Below, in pieces: positions 31,090-39,475 of a stretch of 42,569 bases of DNA. Position 1 is the first letter of the stretch; every line of letters starts with the position of its first letter. The DNA comes from a virus (taxonomy: Duplodnaviria; Heunggongvirae; Uroviricota; Caudoviricetes), in IMG/VR virus record IMGVR_UViG_2870469529_000003, positions 1 to 42,569 of that record; one strand, written 5' to 3'. Under the pieces are notes generated by a model. The model made no database searches. It was not told the origin of the DNA and worked only from the letters and a program-made list of their open reading frames with translations. The translations under genes were made by a program, and so were the position numbers.

Positions 31090-31954
31090 GAACTTTCAGG
31101 TAGGTATTGTCGTTAAGCAGGAAATCAAATCCCTTTTTGTGCCAGACGGTTCCGCGTTGATGGTTTGGGCGTTCTTCGAACATCCATCGGCAATTTTCGC
31201 CTACGTAGCTCAAATAATTTCTCCAGTCCTGCATCGTGAACCCATGCCCGTCAAGCTGGCGGGTTATCACTCCGGCTTTGCGCCAGAACGTTCGGATCTG
31301 GTTTTTACGCTTGTCATTCAGTGCGCGGATTCTTGGCGCTTCAGGAAGGATTTCGTGGTAAGCATCGACAACATCCTGACAGCTAACGGAAGGTTTTTTC
31401 TTGTCAGACTTTTTGTCTGCTGTGGCACTCTCTAATACGTCAGTATTAGAGATATTATTTATATTATTGTTTATGGACAACCGTTGGACAACCGTTGGAC
31501 AATCTCCGCTGAGAGCCGCGCCATTACTGGTGTTTGCGTTGGACAACCGTTGGACAACCGTTGGACAATTTTTTGCCTGAAAATCGTCATATTTAACGAT
31601 TGTAAACAGGCTAAATTTCTTCCCCATCGAGCAAATATTAAGCATCCCTTTCGACTCAAAAGTCCGTAATAAGCTCCGAACTTTGTTGTCGGGGATGAAT
31701 GTTTCTCTGACCAGCGACGGGCGTCCAGTTATCATCTGACCGCGATCAACAGTTATCGGACCGATATCCGTATTGACGACAGTAGATTCGTGATTAGCCT
31801 TGAGGATTAAGTGAAGCCAAAGATGTACTGCCTGAGAGTCCTTATAGAGACTGCTGTCCATAAACTGGCGGTGTATAGAGACATACCCCATACTGGATGC
31901 CTCCTGATGTTGTACAGGGTTATGCCTGTAATCAGCTAACTTAACGACGCCCAT
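31064..31954 (-). CDS. Replication initiator (lambda O / P22 gene 18 analogue) containing the origin iterons
   Basis: AGGAG RBS before ATG at 31954; the iterons encode a repeated CPTVVQRLS peptide in the linker. Confidence 0.75.
   Translation of the reverse strand: MGVVKLADYRHNPVQHQEASSMGYVSIHRQFMDSSLYKDSQAVHLWLHLILKANHESTVVNTDIGPITVDRGQMITGRPSLVRETFIPDNKVRSLLRTFESKGMLNICSMGKKFSLFTIVKYDDFQAKNCPTVVQRLSNANTSNGAALSGDCPTVVQRLSINNNINNISNTDVLESATADKKSDKKKPSVSCQDVVDAYHEILPEAPRIRALNDKRKNQIRTFWRKAGVITRQLDGHGFTMQDWRNYLSYVGENCRWMFEERPNHQRGTVWHKKGFDFLLNDNTYLKVREGEHDDR
31478..31570. repeat. Origin of replication: two clusters of 11-bp iteron CCGTTGGACAA followed by an AT-rich tract
   Basis: GGACAACCGTTGGACAACCGTTGGACAA ... 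TTGGACAACCGTTGGACAACCGTTGGACAATTTTTTGCC inside the initiator gene. Confidence 0.8.
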
Positions 31955-32136
31955 GTTTCACTCCTGCTTTGGCTAGTCTGTAAACACCAACAAGGCGCTC
32001 TGCGAACGCCCTGTTATTTGCTGCGGCTACCACTAATCCCTCAGGTGAATCAGGGTGTCGAATCTCTTCTTTTTCCTGGTATTTCTTACGACGTTTTGTC
32101 ATAATTACTCCTGTGGATTGATCCAGTCTTTCTACA

Positions 32137-32418
32137 TCAGGCCTCGAAGAATTCGCCGTTCTTCGGGGCTTTTTCTTTTGTCAGGTAATTGGCAAGCCGC
32201 TTAGTCAGCTCAGCCATTTCATCGTCTTCGATTCCGTATTCCAGAACAGCCAGCATCATGCTTACCTGCGAGAAGAAACCATTCTTCCATCGGCTTACCT
32301 GATATTCAGGAACCCCCATTGCTCGAGCGAATGTCTTCTGCCCCATCAGTGCCAGTTTGTTCAGCAAGGCTGACTCGATGCGAGCCGCTTTCTTGCTTTT
32401 AGTTGCAATAGTACCCAT
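32137..32418 (-). CDS. cII: CII-type transcriptional activator, 93 aa
   Basis: ...ARIESALLNKLALMGQKTFARAMGVPEYQVSRWKNGF...MLAVLEYGIEDDEM... resembles lambda CII. Confidence 0.85.
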   Translation of the reverse strand: MGTIATKSKKAARIESALLNKLALMGQKTFARAMGVPEYQVSRWKNGFFSQVSMMLAVLEYGIEDDEMAELTKRLANYLTKEKAPKNGEFFEA

Positions 32419-32494
32419 AGATAATTTCCTTAATGATTAGATAGAGTTGGCTTCGCAAAGAAACGCAAAACCATAGAGATTTGTTTCTGGTAAT

Positions 32495-32509
32495 GCCCTT
32501 TTTCAGGGC
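32495..32509 (-). promoter_or_regulatory. nutR boxB (minus strand GCCCTGAAAAAGGGC)
   Basis: Exact lambda nutR boxB hairpin sequence between cro and cII. Confidence 0.75.
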
Positions 32510-32534
32510 TGGGATGTGTAAGAGCGGGAATGTC

Positions 32535-32750
32535 TTAAGCGGCTTTGTGTTCCGGCGGGAACACGTCATCAAGACTGACTTTTGCGCCTAACTTGTTTAG
32601 GCACTCAACAAGAGCACGGCATGTTTTAAGGTCTGGGAAGCGACGACCAGATTCCCAATGTCCGATAGCTCCCTGTGTGCATCCAACTGCCTTAGCAAGT
32701 GTTGTTTGAGAGATATTCAGTGACTCTCGATATTTTCGTAGGTTGCTCAT
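32535..32750 (-). CDS. cro: Cro-type repressor (HTH), 71 aa from MSNLRKYRESL...
   Basis: GGAGGG RBS; HTH ISQTTLAKAVGCTQGAIGHWESGRRFP; the longer track ORF 32535-32921 is an upstream extension. Start placed by frame arithmetic. Confidence 0.75.
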   Translation of the reverse strand: MSNLRKYRESLNISQTTLAKAVGCTQGAIGHWESGRRFPDLKTCRALVECLNKLGAKVSLDDVFPPEHKAA

Positions 32751-32777
32751 ATGCCCTCCATAGTAACCATGAAACAA

Positions 32778-32806
32778 TAATACGATATGTACTTTTAGAA
32801 TGCAAA
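32778..32806 (-). promoter_or_regulatory. pR-like promoter (-35 TTGCAT, 17-nt spacer, -10 TATTAT) within the OR region
   Basis: Hexamers read on the minus strand; AGTAC-containing operator-like half-sites overlap. Confidence 0.55.
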
Positions 32807-32867
32807 CAAAAAATACATCTTGTGCATGGATGGTTTTAGTACAGAGCGTAATAATAAGGGTATGAAA

Positions 32868-33521
32868 ATGAAATGGTATGAACTGGCTAGATCCAGAATG
32901 AAAGAGCTCGGCATAACTCAAGAGAAGTTAGCTGAAGAGCTTGGTATGACGCAGGGTGGAATTGGTCACTGGTTGCGCGGATCTCGTCATCCATCTCTTG
33001 ACGAGATTGGTGTGGTGTTTAAATACCTTGGTATTGATAACGTCTCATTCAACCACGACGGTACATTTTCACCTGTTGGCGAATACTCATCTGCCCCCGT
33101 TAAAAAACAATATGAGTACCCTGTTTTTTCTCATGTTCAGGCCGGGATGTTCTCGCCTGAGCTTAGAACCTTTACCAAAGGTGATGCGGAGAGATGGGTC
33201 AGCACAACCAAAAAAGCCAGTGATTGTGCGTTCTGGCTTGAAGTTGAAGGTAATTCCATGACCGCGCCAACAGGATCCAAGCCAAGCTTTCCTGACGGGA
33301 TGTTAATTCTCGTTGACCCTGAGCAGGCTGTTGAGCCAGGTGATTTCTGCATAGCCAGACTTGGTGGTGACGAGTTTACCTTCAAGAAACTGATCAGGGA
33401 TAGCGGTCAGGTGTTCCTACAGCCACTAAACCCGCAATATCCAATGATTCCATGCAATGATAGCTGTTCCGTAGTAGGGAAAGTTATCGCCAGCCAGTGG
33501 CCTGAAGAGACATTTAGTTAA
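32868..33521 (+). CDS. cI: CI-type prophage repressor: lambda-like C-terminal domain, distinct N-terminal HTH (start uncertain; alternatives 32826 and 32862)
   Basis: C-terminal ~110 aa ([17 protein letters not shown]...[10 protein letters not shown]...[13 protein letters not shown]) appears near-identical to lambda CI; N-terminal HTH resembles the cro HTH in this window. Confidence 0.8.
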   Translation: MKWYELARSRMKELGITQEKLAEELGMTQGGIGHWLRGSRHPSLDEIGVVFKYLGIDNVSFNHDGTFSPVGEYSSAPVKKQYEYPVFSHVQAGMFSPELRTFTKGDAERWVSTTKKASDCAFWLEVEGNSMTAPTGSKPSFPDGMLILVDPEQAVEPGDFCIARLGGDEFTFKKLIRDSGQVFLQPLNPQYPMIPCNDSCSVVGKVIASQWPEETFS

Positions 33522-33553
33522 CAGCCTCACAACTCTAAAACACACAACAATAA

Positions 33554-33585
33554 CCCGACCTTAGCGTCGGGTTTTCTTTTTCCAA
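33554..33585 (+). terminator. Rho-independent terminator downstream of cI
   Basis: CCCGACCTTAGCGTCGGG stem followed by TTTTCTTTTT. Confidence 0.7.
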
Positions 33586-33646
33586 AACATAAACCCATTA
33601 AATACAAAGCGTTATAAAAAACCAATCATATTTAGAACATTTTGTA

Positions 33647-33675
33647 TTGACTCGATAAAGTACAAATCGTACTAT
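33647..33675 (+). promoter_or_regulatory. pL-like promoter (-35 TTGACT, 17-nt spacer, -10 TACTAT) with overlapping operator palindrome AGTACAAATCGTACT
   Basis: Perfect 5-5-5 inverted repeat at ~33659-33673 overlapping the spacer and -10. Confidence 0.6.
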
Positions 33676-33713
33676 TTAGCCATCAGCAGGACGCACTAAC
33701 CACCATGAAGGTG

Positions 33714-33745
33714 ATGCTCTTAAAAATTAAGCCCTGAAGAAGGGC
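33714..33745 (+). promoter_or_regulatory. nutL (boxA-like TGCTCTTAA plus boxB GCCCTGAAGAAGGGC)
   Basis: boxB is identical to lambda nutL boxB; sits between pL and N. Confidence 0.75.
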
Positions 33746-33943
33746 GGCTTTCAAAGCAGAAGGCTTTGGGATTGGATGAATGAGCAGGCTGATGCTCGAC
33801 CAATGTATAAACAGCGCTCATGGCAAGCAGTAACCAATCTGCGCCTCAAGACAGCGTCACTGGTAGTGCGGGCGCTCTAACCAGTAAGCCGGGGTTCAGC
33901 GCCGGCCATCCAATCACCAAAGCTAACTGACAGGAGAATCCAG

Positions 33944-34276
33944 ATGGATGCACAAACACGCCGCCGCGAACGTCGCGCAGAGAAACAGGCTCAATGGAAA
34001 GCAGCAAATCCCCTGTTGGTTGGGGTAAGCGCAAAACCAGTTAACCGCCCTATTCTCTCGCTGAATCGCAAACCGAAATCACGAGTAGAAAGCGCACTGA
34101 ATCCGATAGACCTTACGGTGCTGGCTGAATACCACGAACAGATTGAAAGCAACCTGCAACGTATTGAGCGCAAGAATCAGCGCACATGGTACAGCAAGCC
34201 ACGCAGTGAAATGGGTGTGACCTGTTCAGGCCGCCAGAAGCAACGCGGAAAATCAATTCCAGCCTATTACGATTGA
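33944..34276 (+). CDS. N: Antiterminator N, lambda-type, 110 aa
   Basis: MDAQTRRRERRAEKQAQWKAANPLLVGVSAKPVNRPILSLNRKPKSRVESALNPIDLTVLAEYH... appears near-identical to lambda N including the Arg-rich motif. Confidence 0.9.
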   Translation: MDAQTRRRERRAEKQAQWKAANPLLVGVSAKPVNRPILSLNRKPKSRVESALNPIDLTVLAEYHEQIESNLQRIERKNQRTWYSKPRSEMGVTCSGRQKQRGKSIPAYYD

Positions 34277-34545
34277 GGTGGTCATGCTCAAGAAAATCAA
34301 ACGCCGACTTTACAAAGAAGGTAGATATTCATGCCAATTGCCAAAATGCGACACAACAAAATGGAGTGTCGATGATTGGTGTAACTGGATAGATAGATAC
34401 GGAACTTGGTGGGATAAATAACAGGTAACTTAAGCGTATTTACTTTCGCGGCAAACCACATATTTGAGGTGAGATATGGAAGAAGAATTTGAAGAGTTCG
34501 AAGAGCATCCTCAGGATGTGATGGAACAATACCAGGACTATCCGT

Positions 34546-34746
34546 ATGACTACGACTATTGATACAAATCAATGGTGTGGACAATTCAAGCGATGCAATG
34601 GATGCAAGCTGCAATCGGAATGCATGGTTAAGCCTGAAGAAATGTTTCCTGTAATGGAAGATGGGAAATATGTCGATAAATGGGCAATACGAACGACGGC
34701 AATGATTGCCAGAGAACTTGGTAAACAGAATAACAAGGCTGCCTGA
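34546..34746 (+). CDS. ral: Ral-type restriction-alleviation protein, 66 aa
   Basis: MTTTIDTNQWCGQFKRCNGCKLQSECMVKPEEMFPVMEDGKYVDKWAIRTTAMIARELGKQNNKAA matches my recollection of lambda Ral. Confidence 0.75.
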   Translation: MTTTIDTNQWCGQFKRCNGCKLQSECMVKPEEMFPVMEDGKYVDKWAIRTTAMIARELGKQNNKAA

Positions 34747-34779
34747 TGGTGGCCTTTATTTTTGGCGTAAACAACAGAG

Positions 34780-35079
34780 GTGAATATGAATTATACACCC
34801 GGCCCATGGAAATGGTGGACAAGTAACAGCTTTCTGCGATTAAGCAGTCAAGCAACAGGTAAAGATGGTGGTGTCATCGACTCTTATGTCATGAAGGATG
34901 GTCACTCATCACTAATCGTTAGCAAAGAAGATATGAATCTGATAGCGGCAGCACCAGACCTTTTAAATGCCCTGCAAGCGATGCTAAACAAGGCATACAA
35001 GCAAAACTGGAATGACCATTATCCTGATGAAGTATCGAAAGCACAGTCAGCAATCAGCAAAGCTCTTGGGGAAGAATGA
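34780..35079 (+). CDS. Hypothetical early-left protein, 99 aa
   Basis: ORF in pL operon context; no recognisable motif. Confidence 0.5.
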   Translation: MNMNYTPGPWKWWTSNSFLRLSSQATGKDGGVIDSYVMKDGHSSLIVSKEDMNLIAAAPDLLNALQAMLNKAYKQNWNDHYPDEVSKAQSAISKALGEE

Positions 35080-35237
35080 TGAATAAGAAATACATCGTTG
35101 AAGTTATAGAGCGAGAAACGAAAGAAGTAATTAAACATTTCGAATTTGATAATTATAGAAAAGCTGACCGCGTAGAAGAGGGATTGTTGCGACAAAGTAA
35201 TCTCGAAAAATTTGATGTTGTCATGCGATGCGAATAA
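35076..35237 (+). CDS. Hypothetical small protein, 53 aa
   Basis: Not in the ORF track; start overlaps the upstream stop (ATGA); charged, helix-like. Confidence 0.3.
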   Translation: MMNKKYIVEVIERETKEVIKHFEFDNYRKADRVEEGLLRQSNLEKFDVVMRCE

Positions 35238-35420
35238 GCACCTATAGCAGATTTGCGAGTCTGCTATGTGGGCAATGTCGCTCGTAACTAAACAGGAGCC
35301 GACTTGTTCTGATTATTGGAAATCTTCTTTGCCCTCCAGTGTGAGGGCCTTTTTATATGCATACCAATAATGCTTCACGAGAGGCATTTTAGTTATGCAA
35401 TCAAATATAAGGAGTTACCC

Positions 35421-35555
35421 ATGATGCACTTTCAGCTCGCGGGTAGCGGCGTCATGTCCGCTTTCTACCCGCACGAATCTGAATTATCACGCCGAGTTAA
35501 ACAATTAATCAGAGCAGCAAAGAAACAACTGGAGGCGTTATGCGCAATGAAATAG
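35421..35555 (+). CDS. CIII-like protein (putative FtsH inhibitor), 44 aa
   Basis: AGGAG RBS; MMHFQLAGSGVMSAFYPHESELSRRVKQLIRAAKKQL resembles the lambda CIII core. Confidence 0.5.
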   Translation: MMHFQLAGSGVMSAFYPHESELSRRVKQLIRAAKKQLEALCAMK

Positions 35556-35692
35556 CCATCAATCACCAGATGCTTCGTGCTGCACAGAACAAAGCAGTAA
35601 TAGCCAGGTTTATTGGTGATTCAAAAATGTGGCTTGAAGCAAATAAAGCGATGAAATCAGCTATCAACCTTCCGTGGTATCGCAGGAAATGA
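35540..35692 (+). CDS. Kil-like protein (putative FtsZ inhibitor), 50 aa
   Basis: GGAGG RBS; ...KAVIARFIGDSKMWLEANKAMKSAI resembles lambda Kil; follows the cIII-like gene as in lambda. Confidence 0.45.
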   Translation: MRNEIAINHQMLRAAQNKAVIARFIGDSKMWLEANKAMKSAINLPWYRRK

Positions 35693-35946
35693 GTTTTACA
35701 GATAACTGGTCAGACGGAGAATTCATTCGTCAGATGAAAGAATTAATCGGTAACGAAGGAGATATTCATGTCACTTGCAACCACAGTGAAGGAGAGCAAG
35801 TTACAGAGACGCATGTACACGCAGAAAGCTCTCTGGTATCGCCATAATGGTGACCGCGAAGGAATGCGGGTATGCCTTAATTTGTCCCGAGTCGAAGTAT
35901 TAAATCAGCGTTATTTCCTTGGGCCGTGTCCATTCTGAGGTGAATT

Positions 35947-36654
35947 ATGGATTTGAATAAATTCGATGAGCCATTCAGCCCTGAAGATATCGAATGGCGA
36001 ATACAGCAAAGCGGTAAAACACGCGATGGAAAAGTGTGGGCTATGGTGCTGGCTTATGTCACGAACCGGGCAATCATGAAACGCCTGGACGATGTTTGCG
36101 GCAAAGCAGGATGGCGCAATGAATACCGCGATATTCCCAACAACGGCGGAGTTGAATGCGGCATATCAATCAAGATTGATTCCGAATGGGTAACCAAATG
36201 GGATGCTGCTGAAAACACGCAGGTAGAAGCCGTCAAAGGTGGTCGTTCAGGTGCAATGAAGCGTGCTGCCGTTCAGTGGGGAATCGGTCGGTATCTGTAT
36301 AACCTTGAGGAAGGTTTCGCACAAACATCTCTCGATAAAAAGCATGGGTGGCACAGGGCAAAACTGAAGGATGGAACAGGATTTTACTGGCTCCCTCCAT
36401 CGCTGCCGGGATGGGCAATCCCAGCATCAGATAACAAACCATCACCAGAAAATACCAACCAGAAATCTCCATCGGTTGACTGCGAACAAATCCTGAAAGA
36501 CTTCAGCGATTATGCATCAACAGAAACTGACAAGAAAAAACTCATCGAGCGTTATCAGCGTGACTGGCAATTAATGGCTGGCAACGAGGAGGCGCAGGCT
36601 AAATGCGTTCAGGTAATGAACATCAGAGTTAACGAACTAAAACAGGCGGCATAA
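35947..36654 (+). CDS. Single-strand annealing protein: Rad52-like N-terminal domain with P22 Erf-like C-terminal tail, 235 aa
   Basis: N-terminal ...KGGRSGAMKRAAVQWGIGRYLYN (Rad52-type); C-terminal ...YASTETDKKKLIERYQRDWQLMAGNEEAQAKCVQVMNIRVNELKQAA matches my recollection of the P22 Erf C-terminus. Confidence 0.7.
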   Translation: MDLNKFDEPFSPEDIEWRIQQSGKTRDGKVWAMVLAYVTNRAIMKRLDDVCGKAGWRNEYRDIPNNGGVECGISIKIDSEWVTKWDAAENTQVEAVKGGRSGAMKRAAVQWGIGRYLYNLEEGFAQTSLDKKHGWHRAKLKDGTGFYWLPPSLPGWAIPASDNKPSPENTNQKSPSVDCEQILKDFSDYASTETDKKKLIERYQRDWQLMAGNEEAQAKCVQVMNIRVNELKQAA

Positions 36655-37122
36655 ATGTCTCACTTGGACGGAATTATTAAAAGATTCGAGTCCAGCTACA
36701 AAGTTAATGAAACAACAGGTTGCTGGGAGTCTACCTATTCAAAAAACAAAGGAGGATACACAAAATTTGTAGCCTTTGGCGTAACAATGCTTTCTCATCG
36801 GGTTGCTTTTGAGCTTTATCACTCCCCCATTCCATCTGGGAAGATGGTTTGCCACAAATGCGATAACCCATGCTGCGTTAATCCTGAACATCTCTTTTTA
36901 GGTAGCGCGCAAGAAAACATGGACGACAAGATAGCAAAAGGAAGGCATCGTGGAGCCAAGAAAGGTCATGCTCATCATGGTGCAAAATTAACAGAGTGGC
37001 AGGTTATAGAAATTAGGAAAAGACTCTCTGAAAAAGAGAGTCAGTACAAGATAGCAAAAGACATGGGTGTATCTCAATCAATTATAAGCAACATAAAAAC
37101 TGGCAAGAGGTGGAGCAAATGA
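36655..37122 (+). CDS. HNH endonuclease, 155 aa
   Basis: HNH core ([25 protein letters not shown]) plus a C-terminal basic helix-turn-helix-like segment. Confidence 0.8.
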   Translation: MSHLDGIIKRFESSYKVNETTGCWESTYSKNKGGYTKFVAFGVTMLSHRVAFELYHSPIPSGKMVCHKCDNPCCVNPEHLFLGSAQENMDDKIAKGRHRGAKKGHAHHGAKLTEWQVIEIRKRLSEKESQYKIAKDMGVSQSIISNIKTGKRWSK

Positions 37123-37625
37123 GTTCTCGCGGGATAAATAAGGTGATTATCCTTGGTCGGGTAGGACAAGACCCGGAAGTTCGATACTCACCATCAGGAA
37201 CAGCGTTCGCTAACCTGACAATAGCCACGTCAGAACAATGGCGAGATAAAAATACTGGCGAGCAAAAGGAATTGACTGAATGGCATCGTGTTGCTGTATC
37301 CGGGAAACTGGCTGAGGTCGTGGGGCAGTATGTGAAAAAAGGTGATCAGATTTATTTCGAGGGAATGCTGAGAACCAGAAAGTGGAAAGACCAGTCAGGG
37401 CAAGACCGTTACACAACCGAGGTTCATGTCGGAATTAATGGCGTGATGCAAATGCTTGGCGGCATTGGCGACAGCAAACAACAAGCAGCCAGCAGGCAAT
37501 CACAGAAGCCACAGCAGCAATCATCACCAGCACAACACAACGAACCTCCGATGGATTTTGACGACGATATACCCTTTGCACCAGTAACTCTCCCCTTCCC
37601 TCGTCACGCTATTCACGCAATTTAA
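37119..37625 (+). CDS. ssb: Single-stranded DNA-binding protein (start placed at MSSRGINK...)
   Basis: [23 protein letters not shown]...EWHRVAV...; Gln-rich linker; acidic C-terminal tip MDFDDDIPF. Confidence 0.9.
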   Translation: MSSRGINKVIILGRVGQDPEVRYSPSGTAFANLTIATSEQWRDKNTGEQKELTEWHRVAVSGKLAEVVGQYVKKGDQIYFEGMLRTRKWKDQSGQDRYTTEVHVGINGVMQMLGGIGDSKQQAASRQSQKPQQQSSPAQHNEPPMDFDDDIPFAPVTLPFPRHAIHAI

Positions 37626-37638
37626 TCAGGAGAAAATC

Positions 37639-37932
37639 ATGCCAGCGCCTCTGTATGGTGCGGATGACGCGCGCCGCTGTTCCGGCAATTCCGTATCGGA
37701 GGTGCTGGATAAATTCAGAAAAAACTACGATCGGATAATGTCGCTACCGCAGGAAACGAAAGAGGAAAAGGAATTTCGCCACTGTATATGGCTTGCAGAG
37801 AAAGAAGAACGAGAGCGAATTTACCAGACATCAATCCGACCATTCCGCAAAGCCACATATACCCACTTCCCTGAAATTGACCCGCGCCTGCGTAATTACC
37901 GCTCACGCTATGGCGCTATCAGTAATGACTGA
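37639..37932 (+). CDS. Hypothetical protein, 97 aa
   Basis: ORF in early-left operon context. Confidence 0.45.
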   Translation: MPAPLYGADDARRCSGNSVSEVLDKFRKNYDRIMSLPQETKEEKEFRHCIWLAEKEERERIYQTSIRPFRKATYTHFPEIDPRLRNYRSRYGAISND

Positions 37933-37942
37933 GGAATTAACA

Positions 37943-38233
37943 ATGAAAACAATGAAGCTAAACATCGACCTCGGAAAATACGTTATTACCGGAACCAAAC
38001 ACGATCTGATTCTTAGCGAAAGAGGAATTATCAAAGAAGGTGAGAATGCAGGGAAAGAAACACTAAGCCGTATCGGTTATTACAGCAAGTTTGAGCATCT
38101 GGTCAAAGAGTTATGCAACCGTGAAATCCTGTTATCTCAGGCGCAGACGCTACAGGATATTCAGCAGCATATCGAGACTTTAGGTGTATCACTTAGCATG
38201 GCTGTTGACCAGTTCGTGGAGAGTAAGTCATGA
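37943..38233 (+). CDS. Hypothetical protein, 96 aa
   Basis: GAGGA RBS before ATG at 37943. Confidence 0.5.
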   Translation: MKTMKLNIDLGKYVITGTKHDLILSERGIIKEGENAGKETLSRIGYYSKFEHLVKELCNREILLSQAQTLQDIQQHIETLGVSLSMAVDQFVESKS

Positions 38234-38390
38234 GAGGACTTGCATACAATCCCGGCATTCTTCCGGCAGAAATGATTATTCGCCAACGCGTAAAGCCAAT
38301 GCCATCGAGAGATGAATTGCTTAAGAGAAAGAGTTTCGGTTCTGTTAATGACAACAAATATCTGAATGCGATGTGGCGGAGTGGGAAGAA

Positions 38391-38840
38391 ATGAAACAAA
38401 TGTCACTAATTGAGATGGATGGATTTCTGAAAGGTAAATGCATCCCACGAGATTTAAAGGTTAACGAAACAAACGCTGAATACCTTGTCCGTAAGTTCGG
38501 TGAACTTGAATCAAAACTGGAAACGGCGTTGCGGGAGTGTCGTTCTGCTGGAATCACGATTGATAACCTTGAGGCTAAATGCGCGAAGATGGCTGCTGAA
38601 AATACCTCACTTAAGCAATCTGAGAAGGAATTTAATGACTTTTGTCGTGAGGAGTTTAGCGAATGGGAAGATGATGTTACTGAAACCCCAGCCACCGACG
38701 CATTCCTGGCTGAAGTACGGGCGCAGGGAGTGGAGATGGCTATGGAGCATATGCAGTCGAGCGGTTCGTTAACATTTGGAGATTGCTACATATCACTTAA
38801 CGAGTTCGCCGCCCAGCTTCGTAAAGGAGGCAACCAGTGA
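38391..38840 (+). CDS. Hypothetical protein, 149 aa
   Basis: ORF in operon context; stop overlaps the next start (GTGA). Confidence 0.5.
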   Translation: MKQMSLIEMDGFLKGKCIPRDLKVNETNAEYLVRKFGELESKLETALRECRSAGITIDNLEAKCAKMAAENTSLKQSEKEFNDFCREEFSEWEDDVTETPATDAFLAEVRAQGVEMAMEHMQSSGSLTFGDCYISLNEFAAQLRKGGNQ

Positions 38841-39280
38841 GCGAAATTAATTATCAGGCACTGCGTGAAGCGGCAGAAAAAGCAACGTGTGGTGTGTGGT
38901 CGCTCGAATATGGAGAGGAGAGATTTGATGCTGGTGATGCGCTAATTCATCGTGAAGTTGTTGGATATCTTCCCATTTGCAGAATTGAAGGAGCGCATCC
39001 TGAAAGCGGTTTCGATGAAGGTTTCCAAATGGAACAGCAGGCCAATGCTGAATTCATCGCCGCAGCCAATCCGGCTACCGTGCTAACACTGCTGAACGAG
39101 CTGGAAACAGCAAAAAAGCGCATAGCAGAACTGGAGGAGCGGGAAATACTGCTCCCGGAACGTAGCAGCATGCTTCATCGAACAGATTTTCACGATGATT
39201 ACCAAACGGTAATGGCATACAAAGTTTCTGAAGTCATCGATGCAATCCGCGCTACTGGCATTCGCATCAAAGGAGAGTGA
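38837..39280 (+). CDS. Ead/Ea22-like early protein, 147 aa
   Basis: ...ANAEFIAAANPATVLTLLNELE...AELEERE... is the typical Ead/Ea22 family motif. Confidence 0.65.
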   Translation: MSEINYQALREAAEKATCGVWSLEYGEERFDAGDALIHREVVGYLPICRIEGAHPESGFDEGFQMEQQANAEFIAAANPATVLTLLNELETAKKRIAELEEREILLPERSSMLHRTDFHDDYQTVMAYKVSEVIDAIRATGIRIKGE

Positions 39281-39475
39281 GATGAACGGACAGATATCAA
39301 TTGTTCGACCAGGAGCATGTGACGATCGCGAAATACGAATGATTATTCGTCTGGCGATGGTGAAAACAATAACAGCTCTCATTACTCCAGAAAATCTCGC
39401 ATTAGCTTTAACCGGAAAGTCAGACCTGCCAGTGGAGCTAAAGCTGCGAAATGTTGAGATTAAGGTGAAATAGCT

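Noticed and set aside
32690-32830. Apparent 1-nt frame inconsistency when hand-counting codons around the cro start and cI start
   Set aside because: Most likely my own counting error; I placed the cro and cI starts by frame arithmetic from the ORF track, so hand-placed site coordinates near here may be off by 1 nt.
33522-33943. rexAB-like exclusion genes between cI and pL
   Set aside because: The interval is only ~420 bp and is filled by the cI terminator, OL/pL and nutL; no ORF is present.
34297-34614. 105-aa minus-strand ORF downstream of N
   Set aside because: Antisense to the pL operon and overlapping better-supported small plus-strand ORFs, including the start of Ral.
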